Shown here: piece by piece, positions 43,918-53,718 of the stretch | Layout: each line of letters starts with the position of its first letter | Numbering within the stretch: the first letter of the stretch is position 1 | Source of the DNA: an uncultured Candidatus Binatia bacterium | GTDB lineage: Bacteria; Desulfobacterota; Binatia; UBA9968; JAJDTQ01 | DNA length: 64,000 bases | Assembly: GCA_965213675.1 (NCBI GenBank) | Contig: OZ243916.1 | Coordinates: 3,744,001 to 3,808,000 of the forward strand | Reading direction: 5' to 3' | Translations under genes and position numbers: made by a program | The notes under the pieces: model-generated | Told to the model about the DNA's origin: nothing | Seen by the model: the letters and a program-made list of their open reading frames with translations, nothing else | Database searches by the model: none

Positions 43918-44820
43918 TTGGATCCCGAGCTGCTACTCATCATCCTCGTCGACGGACTCGTCTACGGTTCGTACCTGTTCATGGTGGCGGTGGGCCTGAC
44001 GGTCATCTGCGGCGTCCAGAAGATTCTCAACGTCACCCACGGAGCGCTCTACGCATTCGGCGCCTATCTCGCGGCCACGCTGCTGATCCTCTATTTTCGC
44101 GTGGACTGGCCCGAGTTCGGCGCCTTCGCCGTCATGTTGTTGGCGGCGCTCTTCCTCGGCGTGGTTTTCGGCGTGATCATCGAGCGCGGCCTGCTGCGCC
44201 ATCTCTACCACGAGGACGAGCACATCATCGTGCTGGCAACCTTTGCGGCTTTCCTGGTGCTGGAGGACGTGCTGCTGCTGATCTGGGGCACCGATCCCTA
44301 TCTTGCCCCGGAGCCTCTCGGGCTGCTGGGCGCGACGGAGATCGCCGGGCTGCCCTTCGACAACTACAGCCTGTCCATGGTGCTGCTGTCGGCGGTGGTG
44401 GCCGCGGTGCTCTGGTACGGGCTCAACCGCACCCAGTTCGGAAAGCTGCTCCTGGCGGTGATTTACGACCGGGAGCTGGCGCAGGCCATGGGGATCAACG
44501 TCAACCGCGTCTTTCTGCTGACCTTCATGGTCGGCTCGTTCCTGGGGGCGCTGGGCGGCGCCTACCAGGCGCCGGCGATCTCGGTGCAGCCTGGGATTGG
44601 CGTGGAGGTGATCGTGCTGGCCTTCGCCGTGGTGGTCATCGGCGGCATGGGGAGCATTCCCGGCGCGCTCATCGGCTCGGTGATCGTGGGCGTGGCGCGG
44701 GCGTTCGCGGTGCACCAGGAGCCGGCCCTGGAGCTGTTCGTCATCTACATGATCATGGCCGTGGTCCTCATCGTCCGGCCGCAGGGGCTGTTCGCGCCGG
44801 CCAGGCCGAGGACCATATGA
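43918..44820 (+). CDS. LivH-like ABC permease
   Basis: GLTVI-x-G...LN-x-x-HG, AFAVVVIGGMGS, RPQGLF. Confidence 0.92.
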   Translation: MDPELLLIILVDGLVYGSYLFMVAVGLTVICGVQKILNVTHGALYAFGAYLAATLLILYFRVDWPEFGAFAVMLLAALFLGVVFGVIIERGLLRHLYHEDEHIIVLATFAAFLVLEDVLLLIWGTDPYLAPEPLGLLGATEIAGLPFDNYSLSMVLLSAVVAAVLWYGLNRTQFGKLLLAVIYDRELAQAMGINVNRVFLLTFMVGSFLGALGGAYQAPAISVQPGIGVEVIVLAFAVVVIGGMGSIPGALIGSVIVGVARAFAVHQEPALELFVIYMIMAVVLIVRPQGLFAPARPRTI

Positions 44821-45809
44821 GCTGGCGCCAGGACAAGACACTCTGGGGCCTCACCCTCGGCCTCGCGGCGCTGCTGCTGCTCAACTTCGTGGTGCCCGAC
44901 TGGTTCCGCAACATCCTGACGCTTTCGCTGGCACGGGGCGCGGTGGCGCTGGGTCTGCTGGTGCTGTGGCGCTGCGGGCTGATCTCCTTCGGCCACGCGC
45001 TCTATTTCGGCTGCGGCGCCTACACCGCGGGGCTCATGAGCCGGTACCTGGACCTCACCGACGCGTTTCTTGCCATCGCATGCGGGGTGGTGACCGCGGG
45101 CCTTCTGGCGTACGGCCTGGGGTTCCTGCTGCGGCAGTACCGGGGCATCTTCTTCGCGCTTTTGAACATGGCGTTCTCCATGATCCTCTATGGCGTGCTG
45201 GCCAAGCTGGAAGAGTTGGGGTCCACCGACGGCATCAGCCTGGAGGCAACCACCTACCTCTGGTACGCGCCGCTGGGGGCGGCGAACAAGACCGCGCTGT
45301 TTGTGTTCGCGGCCATGCTGACTTGGGGGGTGGCGGTGCTGGTGCACCTCTACCTGCGTTCCACCTTGGGCCACATGACCACCGCGGTGCGGGAGAACGA
45401 GATCCGCCTTGGCTACCTGGGCTATTCCGGGGAGCGGGCGGTCCATGCGAAATACGTGATCTCCGGATTGCTGGGCGGTTTCGGCGGCGCCGTCGCCGCT
45501 CTCACCATCGGTCACGTGGACCCGGACTCCATGGTCTACTGGCCGGTGTCCGGGGACTTCGTCTTCATCGCCATCCTGAGCGGCACCGGCAATGTCGCCG
45601 CGCCGTTCATCGGCGCGCTGCTGTACGAGCTGATCCGCACCTACGCCTTCGATCAGTTCCCGCAGATCTGGCAGTTGATCATGGGCGGCACGCTGCTGGC
45701 CATCATCATGTTTCTCCCCAACGGGCTGTGGTCGCTGGTGGAACGGCGGCGAATCAGGGTGGGGAAGGGCTCCCCCGACCGGCTCCGGACGAAAGAGGAA
45801 GAGGCATAG
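44817..45809 (+). CDS. LivM-like ABC permease
   Basis: GLISFGHA-x-x-FG-x-GAY, AVRENE, LPNGL. Confidence 0.92.
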   Translation: MSWRQDKTLWGLTLGLAALLLLNFVVPDWFRNILTLSLARGAVALGLLVLWRCGLISFGHALYFGCGAYTAGLMSRYLDLTDAFLAIACGVVTAGLLAYGLGFLLRQYRGIFFALLNMAFSMILYGVLAKLEELGSTDGISLEATTYLWYAPLGAANKTALFVFAAMLTWGVAVLVHLYLRSTLGHMTTAVRENEIRLGYLGYSGERAVHAKYVISGLLGGFGGAVAALTIGHVDPDSMVYWPVSGDFVFIAILSGTGNVAAPFIGALLYELIRTYAFDQFPQIWQLIMGGTLLAIIMFLPNGLWSLVERRRIRVGKGSPDRLRTKEEEA

Positions 45810-45815
45810 CCGGTC

Positions 45816-47267
45816 ATGTCCGCGGTCCTGGAAGTCCACGATTTGGAGAAGTCCTTCGGCGCGGTGGTGGCCGCCCGAGACATTAACGTCGTGGTGGAGG
45901 AGGGCGAGACCATCGGCGTCATCGGCGCCAACGGCGCGGGCAAGACCACCTTCGTCAACCTGGTCACCGGCCATCTCCGCCCGAGCGGCGGCACCGTGGA
46001 GTTCATGGGCCGCAGCATTCTCGGGCTCTCGGTGCGCGCCATCGCGCGCCTGGGCCTGTGCCGCTCCTTTCAGGTGCCCCAGGTCTTCCTCTCGGAGACC
46101 GTCGCCGACAACCTGACGATGGCCTTTGGCGTTGCGGAGGAGGACGGGGCGGGCCTGCTGGCGCCGCTCATGGGGCAGGAGCGGGAGGCGCGGGTGGAAG
46201 CCCACTTGGCGCGCTACCAGATCGCGGAGTACCGGGACGTCATCGGCTCCGCGCTGCCCCAGGGCATCCGCAAGCTTCTGGACATCGCCATGGCCACGGT
46301 GCGCAAGCCCAGGCTGCTCATGCTGGACGAGCCCACCAGCGGCATCAGCGCGGAGGAGAAGTTCGCGATCATGGACATCCTGATGGCGGCGCTGAAGGAG
46401 GAGCGCACCACCGTGTTGTTCATCGAGCACGACATGGAGATCGTCGAACGCTACGTGGACCGCGTGCTCGCCTTCTATCAGGGCGAGATCATCTGTGACG
46501 CCCCCACCAGGCAGGCTCTGCGGGACGAAGGGGTGCGGGAATACGTGCTCGGCCGTGAGCCGGCCGCTGGTGCGGAAGCGCCGCCGGCGCCCGCGCGGGA
46601 TGCTCCGTCCGGCGACGATACCTTGTCGGTCAGCGGTCTCGACGTGAGCATCGGCGCCACGCCGATATTGCGCGGGGTGCATCTCGGCGTCCCGTCGGGG
46701 TCCATGTGCGGCCTCATCGGCCGCAACGGCGCGGGCAAGACCACCTTCATGCGCGCGGTCATGGGCGCGCTGTCCGCTCAGCGGGGCACGGTGCGGCTCG
46801 GCGACGTCGACCTTGCCGCGACCCCGGCCCATCACCGCGCCCATCTGGGCATCGGCTTCATGCCCGAGGACCGCCGGCTGGTGCCCGAGCTGACCGCCGA
46901 GGAGAACATTCTGCTGCCCGTGTGGGCCACCGCCGCAGCCAACGTCCAGGAGCGGCTGCGGTGGATCTATGGCCTGATGCCTGAAGTGGAGGAGTTCCGC
47001 GGGCGCGGCGCCACCAGCCTCTCCGGCGGCCAGCAGAAGTTCGTCGCCTTCGCCCGCGCCCTCATGTGCGGCACCCGGTTGTTGCTGCTGGACGAGCCGG
47101 GGGAGGGCATCGCGCCGATCTTCGCCCAGCGCATGGTGGAAATCCTCGACGACCTCAAGAAGGAGGGCGCCTCCGTTCTGGTCGCCGAGTCCAACGATGT
47201 CCACATCGCCAGGCTCCTCGACCGGACCTTCGTCATCGAACGCGGCAGCATCGTGGGCGACGGGTAG
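45816..47267 (+). CDS. Fused LivG-LivF double ABC ATPase
   Basis: Two Walker A motifs (GANGAGKTT, GRNGAGKTT), two LDEP motifs, Pro/Ala linker. Confidence 0.9.
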   Translation: MSAVLEVHDLEKSFGAVVAARDINVVVEEGETIGVIGANGAGKTTFVNLVTGHLRPSGGTVEFMGRSILGLSVRAIARLGLCRSFQVPQVFLSETVADNLTMAFGVAEEDGAGLLAPLMGQEREARVEAHLARYQIAEYRDVIGSALPQGIRKLLDIAMATVRKPRLLMLDEPTSGISAEEKFAIMDILMAALKEERTTVLFIEHDMEIVERYVDRVLAFYQGEIICDAPTRQALRDEGVREYVLGREPAAGAEAPPAPARDAPSGDDTLSVSGLDVSIGATPILRGVHLGVPSGSMCGLIGRNGAGKTTFMRAVMGALSAQRGTVRLGDVDLAATPAHHRAHLGIGFMPEDRRLVPELTAEENILLPVWATAAANVQERLRWIYGLMPEVEEFRGRGATSLSGGQQKFVAFARALMCGTRLLLLDEPGEGIAPIFAQRMVEILDDLKKEGASVLVAESNDVHIARLLDRTFVIERGSIVGDG

Positions 47268-47373
47268 AGAAATGACGCCATGGACCGCGGATTGAGGTGA
47301 ACCGTGGCCCGACTTGTGGTAGTTTATGAATGCGACAGGACGTTTGAGCAGAGAAAGAAAAAGGAAGCACTGA

Positions 47374-48195
47374 ATGCCAACGCGAGTCCCCAATCTGTTG
47401 AATATTGTGTTGTTCTCCACGGTCGTGGTGGGTGCGGCCATCGGCTTGCCAGCCTACGCGTACTTTTACGGCTATTCCTGGGTCGATTGGGCCATGTTCG
47501 TGATCCTCTATATGATCACCGGACTTGGCATCACCGTGGGATACCATCGCCTGCTGGCTCATCGAAGTTTTGCCTGCACCGACTGGGTGAAGGGCCTTCT
47601 CCTGATCGCGGGAGGATGGGCTTTGCAAAACTCGGGTCTCCGATGGACGGCGGATCATATCCGCCATCATGCCCGATGCGACCAGGAGGAAGATCCCTAT
47701 AGCGCCAAGCTGGGATTCTGGCACAGTCATTGTGGCTGGCTGTTCTGGTCGGATCCCCATCAGGACGACCGGTTCGCCCGCAAGCTGCAACAGGACGCCG
47801 TGGTGATGTGGCAACATCGTTACTACGTTCCCATCGTGGTCTCCGGCCTGGCGCTTCCCTTCGTGGTGGGCTTCCTGTACGACGGCTGGTTCGGAGGGCT
47901 GGGATGTTTTCTGCTCGCTGGAGTCGGGCGGACCTTCTTCGTCCTGAACTCCACGTTTTGCATCAATTCCATTTGCCACCTGTGGGGCGCCCAACCTCAC
48001 GGAACAGCCGATTCCAGTCGTGACAGTTGGTGGGTCTCCCTCATCACCTTCGGAGAGGGCTACCACAACTATCACCACCGCTATCAAAGCGACTACCGGA
48101 ACGGCCCCCAGTGGTACAATTTCGATCCATCGAAATGGCTGATCTACAGTCTTTCCGTGGTGGGGCTGGCCAGTTCCCTGCGCCGGTACTCCTGA
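47374..48195 (+). CDS. Delta-9-type acyl-CoA/fatty acid desaturase
   Basis: His boxes HRLLAH, HIRHH, HNYHH; DPYSA; FDPSKW. Confidence 0.93.
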   Translation: MPTRVPNLLNIVLFSTVVVGAAIGLPAYAYFYGYSWVDWAMFVILYMITGLGITVGYHRLLAHRSFACTDWVKGLLLIAGGWALQNSGLRWTADHIRHHARCDQEEDPYSAKLGFWHSHCGWLFWSDPHQDDRFARKLQQDAVVMWQHRYYVPIVVSGLALPFVVGFLYDGWFGGLGCFLLAGVGRTFFVLNSTFCINSICHLWGAQPHGTADSSRDSWWVSLITFGEGYHNYHHRYQSDYRNGPQWYNFDPSKWLIYSLSVVGLASSLRRYS

Positions 48196-48395
48196 TCGGG
48201 ACAGGACACGGGCGCGCGCTGCCCCCAGCGCCTACCCGCTCGTTGCCGGCAACACTGGAGACCGTGCAGGGTCGCCACGACGGAACCCGTCAATTCGTCC
48301 CACCGTTTGGTCCGCCCGGACACGAGACCGCCGAACCCCGGAGCCCGTGGTTCAGGCCGTGCAGTCCATCCGTCGCGCCCGCTCCACGGTGGGCG

Positions 48396-49031
48396 TCAGG
48401 CCGGAGCGAGCACGAAGTCGAAGCGTCCGAGCCGGCCTTGGGGTGTGCGCGTCAGGTCCATCAACAGGTCGGCGTGGTAGATCCAGTCCCGCGCGTTCTC
48501 GCCGGACACGTCGGGAAAGAAGAGCTGGGTGGTGAGCAGGCGCGTGGACGGGCCCTGAATCTTGACGTGGATGTGCGGCGTGCGCCCTGTGTAGCGCACG
48601 GGCCGGATGGTCTCGAAGCGAAACGCCCCGGCGGCATCGGTGTATTGGTGGCCGCGATACCGGAAGCCCGAATTGTCGTAGCGGCCGTTCTCGTCGGTAT
48701 GCCAGATGTCCACCACGGCGCCGGCGATGGGACGGCAGTCCGGCGAAAGCACCAGGCCCTGCAGCACGAGCGGCTGGCCGCCCGTGTCCGGCTCCCGTAG
48801 ATGGGTGCGGAGCGGCGTGTCCGGTGTGTAGAACGGCCCCTCGGTCAGCTCGGGAATGGCGCGTGTGCAGTCAAGCGGCGGAGCGAGTCCAAGGGAACGG
48901 TTCGCCGCGGGACCGGAGAAGGGATAGCCCAGGAGCGTCGCCCGAGTACGGGCCAGACAGGAAAGGGTGGTGACACCTGCCGCCGCCGCCGCAATCAAGG
49001 CGGCGCGACGGGAGTACGTACGCTTGAACAT
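48396..49031 (-). CDS. Intradiol ring-cleavage dioxygenase family protein, Tat-exported type
   Basis: SRR signal; TEGPFY, DIWH-x-D-x-x-G-x-Y, Y-x-GRTPHIH-x-K. Confidence 0.88.
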   Translation of the reverse strand: MFKRTYSRRAALIAAAAAGVTTLSCLARTRATLLGYPFSGPAANRSLGLAPPLDCTRAIPELTEGPFYTPDTPLRTHLREPDTGGQPLVLQGLVLSPDCRPIAGAVVDIWHTDENGRYDNSGFRYRGHQYTDAAGAFRFETIRPVRYTGRTPHIHVKIQGPSTRLLTTQLFFPDVSGENARDWIYHADLLMDLTRTPQGRLGRFDFVLAPA

Positions 49032-49037
49032 GAAAAA

Positions 49038-49066
49038 ATCATAAGCCGACCCGGGAGGATTGTAAA
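49038..49066 (-). promoter_or_regulatory. Putative promoter giving a leaderless dioxygenase mRNA
   Basis: TTTACA-17-TATGAT-6 nt-ATG. Confidence 0.6.
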
Positions 49067-49456
49067 ACGGACTCCAGCCAAAGCCACGACTTTCTGCTTT
49101 ATGACGGCGAATGCGTCTACTGCCGGACATATGCACGGAAGTCCAGAATCAGGACAGGCAACGGGAAGCGGCTGCGCTTCATCGATGGCAGGAACGCCCC
49201 GCAACTGGTCGAGGAGTTCCGGCAGGACGGATGCGATATCGAGGACGGCATGATCCTGGTTCTGGAGGGGCGGCGTTACCAGGGACCCGAGGCCATGGAA
49301 GTATTGGGTTCCATGGCCACCGAACCCGGCTGGGTCAACAGGCTGACGCGATGGGTGGGGTCCAGCCCCGAACGGGCGCGCTTCGTCTATCCGTGGTTCC
49401 GGCGCTTGCGCCGGGCGGGTCTCTGGATGGCCGGCAAGTCGGGTTTCCGGCGATGA
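49067..49456 (+). CDS. DCC1-like thiol-disulfide oxidoreductase (DUF393) with apparent ACG start
   Basis: LLYDGECVYC motif in frame with the 49250 ORF; GGAGGA 7 nt before ACG; no ATG/GTG/TTG between the upstream stop at 49031-49033 and the motif. Confidence 0.72.
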   Translation, partial: TDSSQSHDFLLYDGECVYCRTYARKSRIRTGNGKRLRFIDGRNAPQLVEEFRQDGCDIEDGMILVLEGRRYQGPEAMEVLGSMATEPGWVNRLTRWVGSSPERARFVYPWFRRLRRAGLWMAGKSGFRR

Positions 49457-49485
49457 AGGCGGACAGCGGCCAACGTCGAAATCGC

Positions 49486-51090
49486 TTACACGTTCGTCTT
49501 CGCCTCTGCTGTCCCCGCCGCACCCGCCACCGCTGCGGGCGTCCCCTGCCCCCTGCGCGTCTTCAGGAACCACACCATCGCCACCAGCCCCAGGTACATG
49601 AGGCCGATCATGATGAAGAGCTGGTGGTAGGCGAGGGTGACGCCTTCGTTCAGGAGGCTGTATCCGAACAGTGACAGGGCGCGTTGGTCGAGGGCGATAC
49701 CGTATTGCCCGGCGTGCTGGAGCATGGCGCCGAGCTGGGCCAGGACGTCGTCGCGCAGGGGTTCGTTCAGGCGGGCGCCCAGCGCGGGAGTCATGGCTTC
49801 GACCTTGTAGAAGATGTGGCGTTCCAGGAGGAAGCTCAGGGTGGCGATGCCGAAGGCTTCGCCGAGGCCGCGGGCGAGGCCCAGGATACCGCTGCCCATG
49901 CGCGATTCGCCCTCGGGAAGCGCGCCCAGGGCGATGGAGTTGAGCGGCGCGTTGATGGTGGACTGGCCGATGCTCTTGAGTATCACCAGAAAGAAGATCA
50001 CGCCCACGCCGGTCCAGATGGTGACGCCGGAGAGACCGAACAGTGTCACCGTCAAGAGCGCGAGTCCCGTCACCAGCAGGATTTTGGGTCCGAACCGGTC
50101 CGACAGCATGCCCGCGAAGGGCGACACGATGCCCACGGCGACGGCCGCGGGGAGCATGAAGATGCCGGCCTGCAGGGGCGGGTAGAAGAGCGCCTTCTGG
50201 AGAAACAGGTTCAGGATGAAGCTGGTGCCGCGGAAGCCCATCACGCGGATCAACACGATCATGCTGGAGATGCTGAAGTTGAGGTTCTTGAAGTAACGGA
50301 TCTGCACGTAGGGGTGCTCGGCCCTCAGCTCGGCAATGATGAACGCCGCGATGAGCAGTGCGGCGGCGCCGAACAGCGACAGGACCCGATGGCTGGTCCA
50401 GCCCGCGGCCTGGCCCTGGGTGAGGCCCAGGAGCAGCGTCACCAACCCGCCCGTGAGGGTGAGAAACCCCAGTAGGTCGAAGGCGGAAGGCTGGCGGGAC
50501 GCGGACCGCCGGGGAAGGATGAACATCGCCGCCATGACGGCCAGGCTCAAGGTTGGCAGTGGCAGGTAGAAGATCGTCCGCCAGCTTATGTACTGGGCCA
50601 GGTAGCCCCCCGCCGGAGGTCCGAAGAACGGCCCCAGCGACCACCCGGTCATGAACAGCCCCATGGCCAGCCCGCGCTCATTGCGCGGGAAGGCCTCGTA
50701 CATGATGGACATGGATACGCCGATGAGCGGCCCCACCCCCATGCCCTGGATGATGCGGAAGAAGATCAGCGAGTTGACGTCCCAGGCGATGGAGCACAGG
50801 AACGAGCCCGCGCCGAAGGCGGCGGCGCTCAGGATGAACAGGTTGCGGTCGCCGATGCGCTGTCCCAGCCAGCCCACGCAGGGAATCAGAACGGTGCGGG
50901 TGATCATGAACGCGATCAGCACCCACTGGATCCGGTGGAGCGATGTGCCCAAAGACGACATCATCGCCGGGATGGCGGTGTCGACGCCGGTGATGCCCAG
51001 CCCGACGCTGATCATCCCCAGGGAAAGGGTGATGGTAATGGGCCACTTCCGGGAGGGATCGTAGATCTGGACGGGAGGTGCGGGCGTCAT
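49486..51090 (-). CDS. DHA2 (EmrB/QacA) MFS efflux permease
   Basis: About 14 TM segments; FRIIQG-x-G-x-G, GP-x-x-GG-x-L...WR-x-IF. Confidence 0.9.
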   Translation of the reverse strand: MTPAPPVQIYDPSRKWPITITLSLGMISVGLGITGVDTAIPAMMSSLGTSLHRIQWVLIAFMITRTVLIPCVGWLGQRIGDRNLFILSAAAFGAGSFLCSIAWDVNSLIFFRIIQGMGVGPLIGVSMSIMYEAFPRNERGLAMGLFMTGWSLGPFFGPPAGGYLAQYISWRTIFYLPLPTLSLAVMAAMFILPRRSASRQPSAFDLLGFLTLTGGLVTLLLGLTQGQAAGWTSHRVLSLFGAAALLIAAFIIAELRAEHPYVQIRYFKNLNFSISSMIVLIRVMGFRGTSFILNLFLQKALFYPPLQAGIFMLPAAVAVGIVSPFAGMLSDRFGPKILLVTGLALLTVTLFGLSGVTIWTGVGVIFFLVILKSIGQSTINAPLNSIALGALPEGESRMGSGILGLARGLGEAFGIATLSFLLERHIFYKVEAMTPALGARLNEPLRDDVLAQLGAMLQHAGQYGIALDQRALSLFGYSLLNEGVTLAYHQLFIMIGLMYLGLVAMVWFLKTRRGQGTPAAVAGAAGTAEAKTNV

Positions 51091-51108
51091 GGCGCGGCGG
51101 GACCCCGG

Positions 51109-51987
51109 TTACGGGCGTGCGACGCCGGCCGGCGTCGCGCTTTGCCCGCCATCCGGCTTCTCGATCCGGACCACCGCGAGCATGCCCACCCGGAGCCTGC
51201 CGCCGGCGTTCTTCACCGCGATCTTCACCGGCAGCTTCTGCGTGGACTTGATGAACACCCCGGTCAGTTTCTGCGGCGAGAACAGGGAAAACTCCGACGT
51301 CGTGGCCCCGCCCACTCCCCTGACCTCGCCCTCGAACTCGACGCCGGGATACGAGTCCAGCCTGACGGTGGCCTTGCTGCCGGGCCTCACGAAGCGGATT
51401 TCGGTCTCGTCCACATTGGCTTCCACCCAGTAGCGGCTTGTGTCCACCACCATGAACACCGGCTGGCCCGGCTGCACGAATTCGCCCCGGTGGACGTTCT
51501 TCTTCACCACCATGCCCGCGACCGGACTCCGGAGCGTCATGATCCCCAACCGGAACTCCAACTCCTGCAGGGCCGCCTCGGCCTCCCGCACCCGGGCCGT
51601 CTCCGCCAGCAGGCCGGCGTTGGAGCCTTCTTCGCCGCGCCCCGCTCCGTCCCCCGCACCGACCTCCCGCCGGGCCTGCTGCAACCGGCTTCGAGCGTAG
51701 TCCAGCGCCGCCTTGCGCCGCTGGATGCGAAGGGCGATCGCGCGCGTATCCAGCTGCGCCATGACGTCGCCGGGCGCCACCGCTTCGCCCTCGTCTTTGG
51801 CCAGCGCGCTGATCCTTCCGGGCACGCCCGCGCTGATGGTGACGATGTCGGCCTTGACCCGCGCGTCATCGGTGGTGATGGCGCCCAGCGACGACCACAC
51901 CCACGCGCCCACCGCCGCCGCGCCCAGCAGCATCACGATGGCGGTGCCCGCGAGCCATCTCTTCTTGTTCGATTCGCTTGCAGCCAT
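51109..51987 (-). CDS. HlyD/EmrA family membrane fusion protein
   Basis: TTDDA-x-V, SPV-x-G-x-V, GE-x-VQPGQ, AN-x-x-ET, TG-x-F-x-K-x-x-Q-x-LPVKI. Confidence 0.9.
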   Translation of the reverse strand: MAASESNKKRWLAGTAIVMLLGAAAVGAWVWSSLGAITTDDARVKADIVTISAGVPGRISALAKDEGEAVAPGDVMAQLDTRAIALRIQRRKAALDYARSRLQQARREVGAGDGAGRGEEGSNAGLLAETARVREAEAALQELEFRLGIMTLRSPVAGMVVKKNVHRGEFVQPGQPVFMVVDTSRYWVEANVDETEIRFVRPGSKATVRLDSYPGVEFEGEVRGVGGATTSEFSLFSPQKLTGVFIKSTQKLPVKIAVKNAGGRLRVGMLAVVRIEKPDGGQSATPAGVARP

Positions 51988-52168
51988 GGGCGTCAGTGCC
52001 TGATGCGTTTCCGGATGTCGAACTCCTTACCCACGGCGCAAGCTCCCGGGCCACGCCGGCGGGATCTCTTGGGATGGCGCGTGTCCCTTTCGTATAGCGT
52101 GCCGTGGGGCACGCCGCGAACGCATGGGCCACTGTCCATGCCGTGGGGAATCCCGTATGCTGCACCCC

Positions 52169-53611
52169 ATGAAGGACATTCACTTCGTGGACACTACCCT
52201 GCGGGACGGGCCGTCGAGTCTCTGGGCCATGGGCATCCGTACGGACATGATGCTGCCCGTGGCCGCGCGGATGGATGAGGCCGGCTTCCTGGCCATGGAG
52301 ATCATCGCGTCGGCGTTTTTCAAGAAGTGCGTGCGCGAACTCAAGGACGACCCTTGGGCGCGGGTGCGGCGGGTGAAGGAGCGAGCGCCCAGAACGCCGC
52401 TTCGAGGCATTCGCAACCGCTACATGGCGGCGTTTCAGCACACGCCGCCGGCGGTGCAGCAACTGTGGCTCGAACGCCTCGCGGCCAACGGCATCAGCGA
52501 GTTGCGGACCTCCGACCCGTCCAACACCCCGGCGGTGTGGGCTGAGCAGGTGCGCACCGCGACCGCAGCCGGCCTGGAGACCATCGTCAACCTGATCTTC
52601 ACCATTTCGCCCAGGCATACCGACGAGTACTACGCCGAGCGCACACGCGCGGCCGCCAGGCTGCCAGTGAAACGCATCTGCCTCAAGGACCCGGGCGGCC
52701 TGTTCACGCCGGAGCGGACGCGGTCGCTGGCTCCGGTGGTGCTGGAAAACGCCGGCGCCGTCCCCGTGGAGTTCCACACCCATTGCAACAGCGGCCTCGG
52801 ACCCCTGTGCACCCTGGACGCCATAGAGGCCGGCATCCCCATCATCAACGCCGCGCTGCCGCCGCTGTCGGACGGTTCGTCCAACCCATCGCTGTTTCAC
52901 ATCGCGCACAACGCCCGCGTCCTGGGCTACAACCCGGTCATCGACGAGGACGGCCTGCGGCCGGTGTCGGAGCACTTCACGCGGGTGGCTCGCGAAGAAG
53001 GGCTCCCCACCGGGGAGCCGCTCCACTACGATGCCTACCACTTCCAACACCAGGTGCCCGGCGGGATGATCTCCAACCTGCGGCACCAGCTTGCCAACAT
53101 CGGCATGGGCGAGCGTCTCGGCGAGGTGCTGGAGGAGGCGTGTCGTGTGCGCGAGGAGTGGGGCTACCCCATCATGGTGACGCCTTACTCCCAGTTCGTC
53201 GGCAGCCAGTGCGCCATCAACGTGATCCTGGGCAAGCGCTACGAGCAGGTCACCGACGAGGTCATCCTGTATGCCATGGGCCACTGGGGCGAGGAGGAAG
53301 CCGCGTCCATGGACGCCGACGTGCGCGACCGCATCCTCGACCGCCCGCGGGCCAGAGAGTTGCGGAATTGGCAGCCCCCCGACACCTCGCTCCAGGAAGC
53401 AAGGTCGAAGATCGGCGGCCCGGGCGTGTCCGACGACGAGCTGCTGCTGCGCTATTTTACGTCCGAGGCGGACGTGCGCGCCATGCAGCAGGCGCCGCCC
53501 CGGTCAGCGAACGGCGGCGGTCTCGTGGGCCTGATCCGGTCGCTGACGGAGCGCTCCCAGACCAGGCAGATCCATATCCGCAGACCCGACCTGTCAGTGC
53601 GGCTGGGGTGA
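52169..53611 (+). CDS. Pyruvate carboxylase B / oxaloacetate decarboxylase alpha-like carboxyltransferase, no biotinyl domain
   Basis: DTTLRDG, LKD, HTH, HQVPGGMISNL, GYPIMVTP-x-SQ-x-VG. Confidence 0.85.
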   Translation: MKDIHFVDTTLRDGPSSLWAMGIRTDMMLPVAARMDEAGFLAMEIIASAFFKKCVRELKDDPWARVRRVKERAPRTPLRGIRNRYMAAFQHTPPAVQQLWLERLAANGISELRTSDPSNTPAVWAEQVRTATAAGLETIVNLIFTISPRHTDEYYAERTRAAARLPVKRICLKDPGGLFTPERTRSLAPVVLENAGAVPVEFHTHCNSGLGPLCTLDAIEAGIPIINAALPPLSDGSSNPSLFHIAHNARVLGYNPVIDEDGLRPVSEHFTRVAREEGLPTGEPLHYDAYHFQHQVPGGMISNLRHQLANIGMGERLGEVLEEACRVREEWGYPIMVTPYSQFVGSQCAINVILGKRYEQVTDEVILYAMGHWGEEEAASMDADVRDRILDRPRARELRNWQPPDTSLQEARSKIGGPGVSDDELLLRYFTSEADVRAMQQAPPRSANGGGLVGLIRSLTERSQTRQIHIRRPDLSVRLG

Positions 53612-53718
53612 ACCATCCCGCCCGGCGCCGCCGGCCCCGCTTTCCCGAGTGTGGCAAACCTTCCCGGCGTCGAAGCGTCAGGGCCATCCACCCGGAAGCG
53701 GGAACCGGGACTCCGCCC

